Part shown: positions 40,893 to 52,409 of the stretch, piece after piece | Layout of the letters: each line of letters opens with the position of its first letter | Numbering within the stretch: the stretch's first letter is position 1 | Assembly (NCBI RefSeq): GCF_041956535.1 | Contig: NW_027192209.1 | Coordinates: 198,092-262,091 of the forward strand | Length of the DNA stretch: 64,000 nucleotides | Reading direction: 5' to 3' | DNA from: Calcarisporiella thermophila CBS 279.70 | Taxonomy: Eukaryota > Fungi > Calcarisporiellomycota | The notes under the pieces: model-generated | Databases searched by the model: none | What the model saw: only the letters and a program-made list of their open reading frames with translations | What the model was told of the DNA's origin: nothing | Program-made: the position numbers and the translations under genes

Positions 40893-41988
40893 TTATAGAC
40901 CTCCGGGTGAATCGCGCTTCTCCCTTTTACTGTCATCCTCTTGTATCTTTTTGGATTTGGGGACTTCAACGTTCTCAGGTTCCTTTTTCCTCACGCTTGA
41001 ATCGTCACCCTTCTGCGACTCACTCGACCTAGCCCCCTCCTTCCCGTCCCCTTCCATTTTTTGCGACTCGTTGCTCTGTCCTCCCTCTATAGCTTGTTTT
41101 TCATTCTTCTCACCTCTGTTCACCACCGTCTCCGGCGGGATAGCCTCCTTCATTTTAAAGGCATGCTCCATCCGCATTTCCGTTCCGCGCATGCCGCTCT
41201 TTCTCCACTCTTTTGCCACCAACGTAGTGATGATGGCTCCTCCCGTGATCCCCGTCAACCAGTATCGCAACCAGATATACCATCGGGGTGCCCATCCTCG
41301 ATCTGTAGCCTTCATATCCACAAAAAGCAGACCAGTAAACCCAAGAAATTGTGCAAGCATTGCGGGCGTGGTTGGGAGTAACAGAGTTTGCCAAGCAAAG
41401 AGAGGCGGTAAAATGCCGAGAGAATAGCGCCTATACCCCGTGGTACCTATAAAAAATTCGCAATGAAGACCCATTGCCACTTTATTCTACACCATCTAAC
41501 TGATTACCATTATATTGAGCTATCTCCAATCCCCAGTGCACGGCCCCAAGGAACGAAATAATACAAGCGCCATAGCCGATATGCACGGGGTCGAGAGCAG
41601 CCATTACATCCGGACGGTTTGCGTAGAAAATCGATGCCGCGCTGGTTGCAAGATAGGGTGCTGTACCCGCAAAGCCGAAAAGCATTGCGGGTCTTGGAAC
41701 TTCAGCGAACAGATTGATCACCTTGTGCTAGTGAAGGGCCATCTTCATCAGCGAGTGCGGAAGAAGCATAAAACTATGCGCTTACTTACAGCCTGTTTGC
41801 CCATACTCTCCTGTTTTCTTTTATCCTCGACACCGAGCTCTTTATTCGTATTTGGTTTAAAAGCGGTGCACGAAGTTTGCTATGATATCAAGGAAGAGAA
41901 AAGATCACATAACTACCACAATGGCTGTTTACGAATTGAATTATTTTACTAGCAGTCGAGCTGGTATCCTCTCTCCAAGCGTTCTCAT
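40893..41988 (-). CDS. TMEM69 / DUF3429 family membrane protein
   Basis: VPRPAMLFGFAGTAPY, YGACIISFLGAVHWGLE, GYRRY and GWAPRWYIWLRYWLT. The start at 41988 is inferred from two short upstream exons. Confidence 0.85.
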
Positions 41989-43211
41989 TCCATTCCCATT
42001 CACAACAGTAATTCGTCTTACATGAAGGTAAGGATTTCGATAAAACATCTGTTAATGAAAAGAATGCCTTTGTTAGCAAAGCAACTCCATCTTCAATAAC
42101 GATGGTTGTTAAAAATGACTTACTCGCCCAAACATGATTTCGAATGCTCTGAGTGGAAATCAACTATATGGAATATTAATGTGCAGGAGGACGGCGTTTT
42201 TATGAAGTTATAATATGCAGTCACAGTTTGCCACCCGAAGAACGCCAATTGAGAAAGGTTCAAGGAGTGATCAAATATGTCAAAATTAGAAGGTAGAATC
42301 GCCCGTTCAGAATTATTTTCATCACTAACTATACTGCTCCCAAACACTCATGTGTTGTAGATCAATGGGAATTAAAACAATATCGATAGCCTTTAATAAA
42401 TTTGCTGAGTGCTTTAAAGTCCATAATACTCTATCTTTACTCGTTACTAAATAACATATCTGCGTGTGCCAGCGACAGTGGAATGTGATGCCGAGTTCCA
42501 AGATTAGGACACGGTAGCAGTATAAATCTTTAATTAGATGCCAGATATATACTGTTCTCTTTCATTTTTTTTATCTTACAATTATGAATATTTGTAGAAT
42601 TTACACCACTTTTCACATTTAGGTTATTCACGATAGCCCATTGTAATGAAAGAATATTCAATAAAAAGTGAAAATAGAATAGAAAAAGAGAAAGGAAAAT
42701 ATAATTTATGCATAAAGATCAGAAGATTACTGCATTACGAGATGTACATAGAGGAATAGGATGGATGCATTGGATCTGCCTAGATACCTGATAGCTAATA
42801 GCCACCACGTATCCTATCTTTTCCCTCCACAACTTAATCGCTAAACCTTTTTTCCATCCGGGGCATTCTAGTTTTTTGACCGAAATCCTCACCTCGGACC
42901 TCAATCCCTTGTTGAACGTGCCGGTCGTGATCGGTATGACCGAGTCTATCTTGTGATTGGGAAATCAATTAATTGCGGCTCCGACATCTGCTGTAGACAC
43001 GAGGGAAGCAACCCATAGAGTTCATTAAATGTACACTCGAGTATGTCTAACTGAACATGCCAAACTCGCGATATCTGCCAAAGAAAATCCCTTCCGCGCA
43101 GGCATTTCCTGGGACAATTCATATTGAAGATTCAAGAATTCAAGAAATACCAGGAGACTCATTCAGGAAGCCAATACTATGTAGCAGGGAAAGATAGTTA
43201 TTATTTCTACT

Positions 43212-43559
43212 CGAGTTAGGTCAATAGGAGGCTGTAAAGAGTTGCATTCGTTTAAAATTTTCTCCAAGCCTAATCTCCTTTTTAAGGGATACCGAAATTT
43301 CGAAAATACATCGGTTAAAACGGAATTTCCAGAACGCTTCATCTTATGGGGAACATGTTGACATTGCATATTAGCCAATGCAACGTTATAAGGAAAAGAA
43401 TGTACGGTTGTTTTGGCCCGAGCTGGGTAAATACGAGGCTGTAAAGAGTTACATTCGTTCTAAATTTCCTCCAAGCCTACTATCCTTTTTAAGAGATACC
43501 GAAATTTCGACAATAATCGGTTAGCACGGAACTTCTAGAACGCTACACCTTGTGGAGAA
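43212..43559. repeat. Imperfect direct repeat with period about 207 bp
   Basis: GAGGCTGTAAAGAGTT.CATTCGTT...CTCCAAGCCTA...GATACCGAAATTTCGA...TCGGTTA...AGAACGCT starts at 43228 and again at 43435. Confidence 0.9.
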
Positions 43560-43987
43560 GCACGCTGTGGATTTTGTTGATCATAAAGGATATTTAGTAC
43601 ATTTATCAAGAAATCCATTCATTCATTAAATCTGAAGCCGAATAATATTCCAGTATCTTTTGATCCGATACACTACTTTTTCATTATCTAGCAATGGCTA
43701 AAATATATATTGTATAAAATATTCGTTCTATAGATCATGTGGGTTTGAAGAGTTAAACAACGTATTGAGCGAACTTGGGTCACGAGAATTTGTTGGCAGT
43801 AAAAGATTTAAAAGGGCAATTCTAGCATGAACATGGAGATGCGTTCCTAAAATGGATCCCTAAGCGGTTGCTAAGCACCGAATGGTACTAAACGCTACAG
43901 TATATAAAGCAAGCGCCACGAGTCTACTTCAGGCTTTATATCAAATTGAATCATACTTTCTACTGTATTTCCTCGATATTCGGCAAG

Positions 43988-44188
43988 ATGTATCTGAGCA
44001 AGACTATTGTGGCCATCGTTCTTCCCCTTATTTTGGCCGTAGCGACACAGGGAGCTGGCGTAACTAACGACAATTCGATCGTAGCTCTCAGGTGCATTGA
44101 TGGACTAGTGAATTGCGGAGGGGTATGCTGTGAAGACTGTCGAGCGCCGAACTGTAAAAAACCAAGGCGAGGCAATGCTCTCAATTGA
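43988..44188 (+). CDS. Small secreted 6-Cys (C-C-CC-C-C) knottin-like prepropeptide, 66 aa
   Basis: TATATAAA at 43901, signal MYLSKTIVAIVLPLILAVATQG, short pro-segment ending ALR, mature CIDGLVNCGGVCCEDCRAPNCKKPRRGNALN. Confidence 0.8.
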   Translation: MYLSKTIVAIVLPLILAVATQGAGVTNDNSIVALRCIDGLVNCGGVCCEDCRAPNCKKPRRGNALN

Positions 44189-44796
44189 GTTTTCGATAAT
44201 TTATTTGCTTCAAGCAACTCCTCATGGTTCTCTCCTGTTTACCTACTTCATCTAAAATTAGTATATTTATAGTCCAGCATTATTTTAACGCTAATTTTGG
44301 CAGGGGTCGATGAGGAAAAGTTGTTAATAAAAAGAGAAAAACTTTAATTTACACCAAATATTTACATGGGGATATCCAATTTCTTATTTTCTCTTAGCCA
44401 TGAAACACATATAAAAGAGAAAATAGATTTGAGGCAAGGTAAAAATTTAGTAAAATCATTCGCTCCAAGGTTTAAAAACTATGCAGTATAGTATATATCT
44501 ACGTAATTTATATGCTATACACCACAGTTTGAAACGTGTTTATGTTCGAGAAGAATATTGGAACAGTCAGGGGCTATGCATATAACTATGCATTTAAGGA
44601 GGTGGTATGGGGTTCAAATGCAGTCACAGTTTGCCACCCGAGGCGATAATCCTCGAAATAAAAAAATTTCCATGTGCTGATTCGAAAAAAGATTGAAAAG
44701 AGAAGAGAATTCAGCACTAATTTCGTGTTTATTCAATTTGGTGGCATCTAGCTCTGCTAAGTATAATTTAGCTACAGAGGATATGTCTAATTTCAT

Positions 44797-45533
44797 CTAG
44801 AGCTTTTCGATCCTCTCAGAGATCTTCTTAGCCACGTCGCTTAGGCTTTCTTTGGTCGGAGTCTGCTGGGGCCAGCTTATGCCCAGGCCCTCTTTCTCGT
44901 TGGGCTTGGGGATGATGTGGAAGTGTACGTGGGGAACAAACTATACAAGAAAACAAAAAATATGTGAATAAATGAGATACAAATAACCAAACAAGTGTTA
45001 TATACTTGGTGCGCTTTTCGCCCGTTGTTCTATTGAAAATGGAATTATGAGTCAGTGGAAGAAATTGTTTAGGATTGGAAATGGTTGGTGTATACCTGCA
45101 GCAGATTGAAGTTATCAGCTCCAATTGCCAAGGCAATCTTTTTAGCAACGGGGAGCAAATCGGCAAGATGCTCATCCGGCACCTGGTGGACAAACTCTGC
45201 GCAGTCTATAGTGGAGATAAAGTCGAATGGTTGTTCAAAAATAATAAGAAATGGATAAAATTACACTTCGGAATCACGAGCTATTAATGAAAAAAAAAGT
45301 TAAATATCCTCGCGGAGAAGTCGGTGCAACATATTGCTTACCGCATGTCCTTCGCTAAGTGGATTGATGTCCAAGAACGCGTAAGTGAGCTCGGTTTCAT
45401 ACAATTTGTGCGAAGGGATTTCCTTCCTAGTCGTGAAAAAAAATTCATATAATGTCCCTTAGGATGTGGAGCGAAAATGAGCCCATTACCTGATAATCTT
45501 GCAGAAGATGCAGTTGGCAGCCAAGTTAGACAT
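44797..45533 (-). CDS. HNT1: HIT-family nucleotide hydrolase Hnt1/HINT
   Basis: Six exons, including 16- and 24-nt micro-exons: CIFCKIIR, AFLDINPLSEGHALVIPK, LQNNGRKAHQ and HVHFHIIP. Confidence 0.95.
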
Positions 45534-45763
45534 CCTTAAGAGATAGGCTTAGTTATACTTTTGGAGTTAGCAAGGAAATAGGGGCTTTTATTCTTGCAAG
45601 GGTGTGTGAATAATCTAAGATGGCCAAAGTAATGCGACATCTCGGGGGAAAAGCCACATTTCTGGGATGCTAGGATCAATATTTGAACCGGCTTGGACTT
45701 TTCTAAACAAATCGTTGAAAATCATCTTGTTTCAATCCGCACTTCGGCATCTTACTGTAACAC

Positions 45764-47820
45764 ATGGAGCGCATCCCAAAGCGCAAATGGGATCTCTCAG
45801 GTGACAACCAGGATAGCGGCTCCGGAGAGGGCCCACCTTCTTCGAAAGTACTCCGATCGTCGTCCGACGGAAACAATCAAGCTTCGGATCCGAGTGAGAT
45901 TGCGAAGAATGCGGCCGCAAGGATCAACGCCCTTTTGGCGGCAAAGGGCGTCAGTGGATCCAGTGGGCAGACCCCCTTACCCCCACCCATTGCTTCATCG
46001 TTTGTTCTTGAAGAGGTAGGAACCCCTTTGTCATTTTCTACTCTCTGCCTCTAATGATGTTGAACTCGCTATAATAGTCTAAGACGGAAGGTGAATTTAC
46101 CAAAAATATTGATATTAACGACAGACCTAATAAATATGTGGTGACGAAGGGCGCTAACCAAGCTAAGGTATTTTTCTCTCTCTCCCTCTTTTTATCATAG
46201 CCCCAATGTTGTGCATCCTCGTGAGATAGGGCACAAGACAATTAACGCACTCTTCCCCTTGCATCTCTTTCTCTATTAGATCTTCCAAGAGACGGGAGCA
46301 GGTATAGCTTCATCTTCAGAACTCGTATCGAGAATAAGACTCAGTATTTACACACTATCTATTTTTTCAGACGTTACCACCCGCGGGAGATATTTGCCCG
46401 ACAGAAGCCTAGCCACGGAGAAAGACCCGCCCCTCTACTTGCATATCACCGCGCCCTCACAGGAGGCGCTGGACAAGGCTGTGGAAATGGTAGAGGAACT
46501 CTTGACGAATCCCCCGGTTACGCAGCATGCGCCTCAGCGCCGCTTCCAAGATACGGGGAAGAATGGGATCGCCCATGTGGGTGGGGTAGGATCGTGGGCC
46601 CTAGCTGAGGTTTTAGGCTTGGAATTGCAACTCATTCCAATTTTTGTATTTTGAAATGTTAGCGTTATCCCTACCAAAAAAAGGTCTACATCCCGTTTGA
46701 GCCGGATTCGTCGTTCAACATACGAGGGAAGGTGGTTGGGCCTCAGGTGCGTGTTCTTTAGATTTGTCTTGGGTGTGTGTATTTCCTAACCTTGTGAGCA
46801 CTGCTAGGGCTCGTACGTGAAGCACATTGAGCAAGAAGCTGGAGTGAGAATTTTTCTCAAGGGCAAAGGGTCTGGTTTTGTGGAGTACCAGACTGGATCT
46901 GAGGCAGCCGATCCCATGCATATTGTCATCGCGTAAGTAATTACTATAGCTTATCCAACTAAGATTCTCGTGTTGCGGCTAAAGGATATCTGTATTTTTC
47001 CTACTTTTTGCATCGTCAGTTCAAGCGACATCGATAAGATTGAAAAGGCGGAGGAGCTGGTTCGGGATCTTCTAAACACGGTTAAAGAAGAGTTTGAGAA
47101 CTACAAACAGCGCTCCAGCGGCTATGGCCAGGCAGGATATGGCTACGGCGGCTATGATGTAAGTTTGGTCGTTTGCTCGAACATCGACTGTTATAAAACT
47201 TATTTCACTCATGGATTCTTTATGACTACCAATAGTATAACTATGGCTATCAATCCGCCCCCCCCGGAGCTCCTCCTCTTCCGCCCGGGGCTCCTCCAAG
47301 CGCCGCACCCCCTCTACCACCAGGTGCTCCTCCCCATGCTGCACCACCCTTACCTCCCGGTGCACCCCCTCCTCCCCCTGGCGCTTCTGCCTCCGCCGCT
47401 CCTCCCTTGCCTCCCGGTGCCCCTCCAGGCGTAGCTATGCCTCCTGGCACCGCGCCACCAGGTGCTCCACCTCCCCCTCCTCCCCCGCCGGGTACCGCTC
47501 CCTCAACCACAGTATCAGGCACCGGCCAGGAGTCATATGCCCAGTCTGACCAGCATCAACAGTGGGCTGCGTACCATCAGCAATACGCGAGTTATTATGG
47601 GTACCCCTCTGCAAACTATGAAGGATATAATGGCCAGGCAGGATACGACTATTACTATGGATATAATTACGAAGGTTATGGGCAGGCGCAGCCCACGGAG
47701 GGGAATGCCGGGAGCGAGGAGAACAAGAGCAGAGAGAACGACGAGAAGAAGGAGGACAAAACGGAAGGATACCACCGAGTGCCCCCCCCTGCCACTTTGC
47801 AGCACGATAGGAAGAAATAG
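45764..47820 (+). CDS. KH-domain splicing-associated protein (KHDC4/BLOM7/RIK-like)
   Basis: KRKWD, AAARINALL, IDINDRPNKYVVTKG, VTTRGRY, PPLYLHI, FNIRGKVVGPQGSYVKHI, LKGKGSGF; tail with PPGAPP repeats. Confidence 0.88.
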
Positions 47821-48091
47821 GATCCTTTTTTTTATTTTTTACTCTTTAGTTTTCAATTTCAATAGAGAAACAGTTGTTTTTTTTTTTCCCTGAGTTGGCG
47901 AAATTTAGACGGGAGGATCCAACGAGTCCCATTGACAATCATTCGGGTGAGACACAGTCTGTTTACCGAAAAGATAAATTTCAGTTTAAATATTCCATTT
48001 GGGGAAGGGCTGCGCCGCAAGCGAGCAGTATTTCTTCCTCAGCATCTCGTTGGAAATGGGTAGTCATTGTCTTCGACGTTGCAATTAAATT

Positions 48092-49353
48092 ATGAATCGA
48101 CTCTATAGCTCAGCGCTACCCCATAGAGTATACCTGCTGGCTCGGCCTAGTTTCGTGCAAGAAACAAGATGCGTCCAGCCCATGGCTATGCCCGTTCATG
48201 TTCGGTCGCTTTACCTGTCCTCCCCTGCCCTCAATAGACTCTACTCCACCCTCCCAAGTTCCTCACCGAGTCCCGCTCCGGGCTCGTCCCCCAGCTCCGT
48301 TGGCCCTGACTATTCTTCCGGATCCACGCCGCTAGCAAAGGCCAATGCCAATGATGGAAAAGTGGTTACTCCGGAGAAGAAGCAAGGCTTTATAGCAAAG
48401 AGCAAAGCGATGCTCAAGACTTATGTGGCCGGATTTAAGCAGGTATGGGCAAATCGTAAGCTGGCGGCAGAATTGCGGCGCTCGAAAGATGCAAGCGAGT
48501 GGACACGCGAGGAATTCCAGCTTGTAAGTGATCATATGCTGTGACTAATCGATGGGGTTGAGAAGAGAGCCGTTCACTTACCCTTATTGAATGGGTAGGT
48601 GTGCAAATCAGATAGCGACACCCGAAAGCTCATTCCCTTTGCCATCCTCCTCGCCATCCTCCCCGAAGCCATCCCCTTTGTCGCTGTCATTCCTGGCGCC
48701 CTCCCAAGCACCTGCGTCACGCCCGAACAGCTTGTCAAACAGCGCCAGAAAATGCATGCCAAGCGCTTGGTCATGACGGAGAATCTGCTCAAATCGGTGC
48801 AAAAGCTGGGGGGGTTTGGGAAGGAGGATTTCGGGAGCGTGGAGAACGTGGTCCGGCTAGCCCGGCGCTACCCCCTGGACTTTGAACTGCGGAACTTGGA
48901 CAGGAAGCGCCTAAGTGCCTTTTGCAAGTGAGTGCTAGTGCAGTGCTGCGAACCAAGTCGCCGCTGTGTTTTTGCATATTAACCGGGGTCTTTTTTGCTT
49001 TTTTTTTTTTTCCTTCTTTCCCTCATTCCCTCACTTGGTTCAGATTTCTGGGTTTAAATTCTTATGGCACACACTCCATGCTGAAGACCCGCTTGGAAAG
49101 GCATTTTGACTATCTTCACAAGGACGATCAGCTTATCAAGCGAGAGGGGATCCAGTCCCTATCCCTCCCCGCCCTCGAGCTCGCCAACGAAGAACGGGGC
49201 ATGCGCTCGGTGGAGGTGGGTGAGGAGCACCTACGTCGGGCACTCGATTTCTGGATATCCCTCCATCTCCGCGACCAAGAGCCCCTCATCCCGCCGGGGC
49301 TGTTGATCCTCAGCAGAATAGTGATGCTAGAGGCAAACTATTTGAGAAAATAA
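48092..49353 (+). CDS. LETM1-domain mitochondrial protein (LETMD1-like)
   Basis: Presequence-like N-terminus, TREEFQL..DTRKLIPF, LPSTC, LHKDDQLIKREG and ANEERGM; three exons. Confidence 0.82.
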
Positions 49354-49868
49354 CCACGATAGAGCACTGCATCCTAGAATTGTCATGATACTATCAATAT
49401 TGTTCTTTTGAATATATTTAGAAGCGAAAAAAAAAATAACGAATAAACAAAGAGAAAATCTAACAGATTGAGAGAAAAAAAATCAGCAAAAAAAAAAAGT
49501 TGAATGAAGAAGGAAAGAAAGAAAAAAAGAAAAAAAAACTGATTGCTCGTCGTATTCCCCGTGGAAATATAGATAGTGGATTAGGAAAAAAAAAATGAAT
49601 TGTCGAGAATAAAATGATACCGTTTTTAAAATACACCCGGGAAGTCGTGAAGAGTTGAAAGAAAATAAGGGAAAAAATAGAAAAGTGAAGAAAAGGAAAA
49701 ATATTACATGTATATATATATATAAAGACAGCCTTCCAAGCAGTGTGAAAATATCGAATATATAAGAAACCCTACTTCCTCTCGTTCCATTAGAGCCATC
49801 GGCATTTTGTGTTGCAAAGCAAAGCGTGAAGAAAATAAAAAAATGGAAGAAGAAACAAGCTACACCCA

Positions 49869-51362
49869 CTAGGCCATCGTCTGGTATGAGGGATAGCGCT
49901 CTTTGCGTCCATACACTGGCGGCCTTTGGTCCCATCCGTGCATCCCGCCCGACATCAGACCCCCCGAGGCTAGCATTGGCTGCGCGGGCAACAGCATCAT
50001 GGGCGCTGGCCAGAAACCGGCCATGCCCGCCTGCTGAAGCTGCTGCTGCTGCTGCTGCTGTTGCTGTTGTTGCATCAGCATCATCATCTGAGCCTGTTGC
50101 TGCTGCTGCTGCTGCTGCATGAGCATCATTTTTTGCCGTTCAATCAGAGAGCGCCTCCATTCCTTCTCCTGCGCCTCCTTTCTCTCGCGCTCCTTCCGCT
50201 CACGCTCTCGCCGCTCCCAATCCTCCCGTTGCTCCTTTAGCTGCCGGGCCAGCAACAGGCTAGCGCGCTTCGCGACGCGATCGCTCATCTCGTGGGAGGG
50301 AGCAGAGCGCTCGCGCTGCCGATTGGCGATCGCGCCCACGAGGCCGGCACTCGGCTCCGGGGGCTTCTTCGGGACTTTGACCAGGGTGTGGCCGGTCTGG
50401 CGGGCGAGCTCAGCTTGCTCGCGGGCAGAAAGACGCTCGGACAGGTGGGCGGCGAGCAGAGAGTCGGGTCGGAGGACGACATCGTCCCCGATCATGGACC
50501 GATGTCGATGGTATCCCCTGCTGTCTAAACTGCGGCGCACGCCGCCCAAAGGTTCGTTGTCGTCGTCATCGTCGTCGTTGAGGTCGCCAAAGGCGTCGAC
50601 GTAGTCGCGGTACTGGTCAGAGTCCTTGAACGACTCACCGCCGTAGGTGGCGCTCCTTGGACGCGAGTAATCGGGGGTAGAGGGGGTATCGGACGAGGAC
50701 AGACCCGTGAGCGAGGAATTGGTGGACGTGTACTCCTTTCTGCCCTGGTACACGTCCTGCGAGTGTCGCTGGTACGGCTGCTGCGGCTGCTGCGGGGGAA
50801 ACGGGCGCAGAGAGCGAGTGGCAGTGGAAGAGGCGGACGAGGCGGTGGAGAGGTAGGAGGTGCGTCGATCCATTTTCTCGCGCAAGTTGCTCTCGTCCAC
50901 CAGCCGTCTTGGCGGGGAGAAGGTCGCCGCCAGCGGGAGACTGCTGCGTTTGAGGTGGGACGGGGTCTTCGACGAAGCGGACTGCGACTTCTCGGCCGTC
51001 TTTGGCTTCTCTGCCGCGGGTTTTTCGGTGATGGGGGCGGGAATTTCAGACTTGCGACGCGCCTTGAACTTCATCCGCAACAATCCCAGCAGCCCTTCTT
51101 TCTCCTTCTTTTTCTCCTTCTCCTTCTCCCTTTCATTGTCGCGCTGTTGCGGCAGCGGGGAGGAGAGACTACGGCGGGCCATCGCAGGCTCGTCCAGCCC
51201 TTTCTGCTCCGCCGAGGCCTTCTGCAGGCAGAGCGAGATAGGGGGCGTGGAGAGGCGGTGAGGAATCCTGTCGGCTCGCTGGAGCGAGGAGGAGCGCGAG
51301 GAGGAGCTGGTCGCGACTTTCGAGGCCTCTAGCGGAGGGCGTCCGCGGTCATGCTTGGACAT
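49869..51362 (-). CDS. Intronless low-complexity hypothetical protein with poly-Q tail
   Basis: 497-aa ORF, Ser/Arg-rich, with a short motif LSAREQAELARQTG...GLVGAIANRQRER and poly-Q. Confidence 0.78.
   Translation of the reverse strand: MSKHDRGRPPLEASKVATSSSSRSSSLQRADRIPHRLSTPPISLCLQKASAEQKGLDEPAMARRSLSSPLPQQRDNEREKEKEKKKEKEGLLGLLRMKFKARRKSEIPAPITEKPAAEKPKTAEKSQSASSKTPSHLKRSSLPLAATFSPPRRLVDESNLREKMDRRTSYLSTASSASSTATRSLRPFPPQQPQQPYQRHSQDVYQGRKEYTSTNSSLTGLSSSDTPSTPDYSRPRSATYGGESFKDSDQYRDYVDAFGDLNDDDDDDNEPLGGVRRSLDSRGYHRHRSMIGDDVVLRPDSLLAAHLSERLSAREQAELARQTGHTLVKVPKKPPEPSAGLVGAIANRQRERSAPSHEMSDRVAKRASLLLARQLKEQREDWERRERERKERERKEAQEKEWRRSLIERQKMMLMQQQQQQQQAQMMMLMQQQQQQQQQQQLQQAGMAGFWPAPMMLLPAQPMLASGGLMSGGMHGWDQRPPVYGRKERYPSYQTMA
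50032..50118. repeat. (CAG)n microsatellite encoding poly-Gln on the minus strand
   Basis: Interrupted tgc runs read directly. Confidence 0.9.
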
Positions 51363-52409
51363 GGTTCTTTAATTGCTTGGGGTTAGTTCTGTTAGCTAAA
51401 AGAAAAGAAAAAAAGTGAGAGGGTATGAAAAAAAAAATAATAGAGCAGGGTCAGGAAAAAAAAACAGGGGAGTAAGGAGTCCTATGGATGCGGTCACCCT
51501 CGAGCCTACTCACCTTGGTTTGCGCAAAAGTGGGGGCGAGCTTGAGGCCGGAGACTCCTCTAATCCCGCGCAAAATTAAGGACCGAAGGGGGGGATGGCG
51601 ATGGCCGAGCTGGGGAAAATAGCGAAGAGAGAGAGAGAGAAAGCCAGGGCGGAAGGCAAGGAGCCGGCTGTATGGTGTTTTCGCGGCGATTTTTTTATTG
51701 TCCGGGCTGGTGGCGATGGGAAATCGAATGAACCCGCCAGTGGGCCCTATTTTTATATCTCTGAAACACCTGAGCTTAATTCAGGGCAAACCGCAGAGCT
51801 TAATAGGGAGAAACAAACCCGCTGCCTCGATTCAGCGGGCGGTTAGGCGGCGAGTCTAACTAATCAACCCGCTCGCCTCCCCTCCCCAAATAAACTCTCC
51901 CGTTTGTGATTAGCTAACTGGCGGGCTGCTGCGGCGCGAAATAAAGCTTTGGGCGGCCCCCTTCCCCTCTGTGGATTCGCATCAAGCCTTCTCGATCCCA
52001 GCCCGTGCCCCCTCAGCAGCCCACATGCGATTCCCCCCCATCGATTCGAATCGCCGCGGCCAGGCCAAATCCGGCGTAGTCGGCCACGCTATCGAGCATA
52101 GAGCTGCTGCGCACCTCCGTCTTATCAGCATTACACAAGCCCAAAATAGCGTAAGCGATAGCGAGGATGCTTGGGCCGTTTATTTTGGGCCGCGAAATTT
52201 TTATTTTTGCCAGTCTATTATTAGTTCAAATTGCAAACACCGACCACGCTGCAAACAAAAAGATGAAAGGCCGCCAGGTCATACTGCGATTCCGGCATGA
52301 AGAAGACAGAATGGGAGAGAAAACATCGCATGGCGTGGCCAAGGTTAAATAAGGAAAATCCAAAGAAAACCGCATGCATAAGCCACGGAACCTTAGCGCC
52401 CTTCTAACT

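Larger units (their letters stand above)
42215..44641. mobile_element. Putative inserted block bounded by exact 24-bp direct repeats (42215-42238 and 44618-44641)
   Basis: ATGCAGTCACAGTTTGCCACCCGA occurs twice and identity stops abruptly on both sides. The repeat is observed; insertion is an inference. No TIR or transposase seen. Confidence 0.5.

Noticed and set aside
50119-51332. Long plus-strand ORFs opposite real genes (here and over Ish1-like, OPT, YDJ1 and RPL10)
   Set aside because: Antisense shadows of GC-rich coding sequence.
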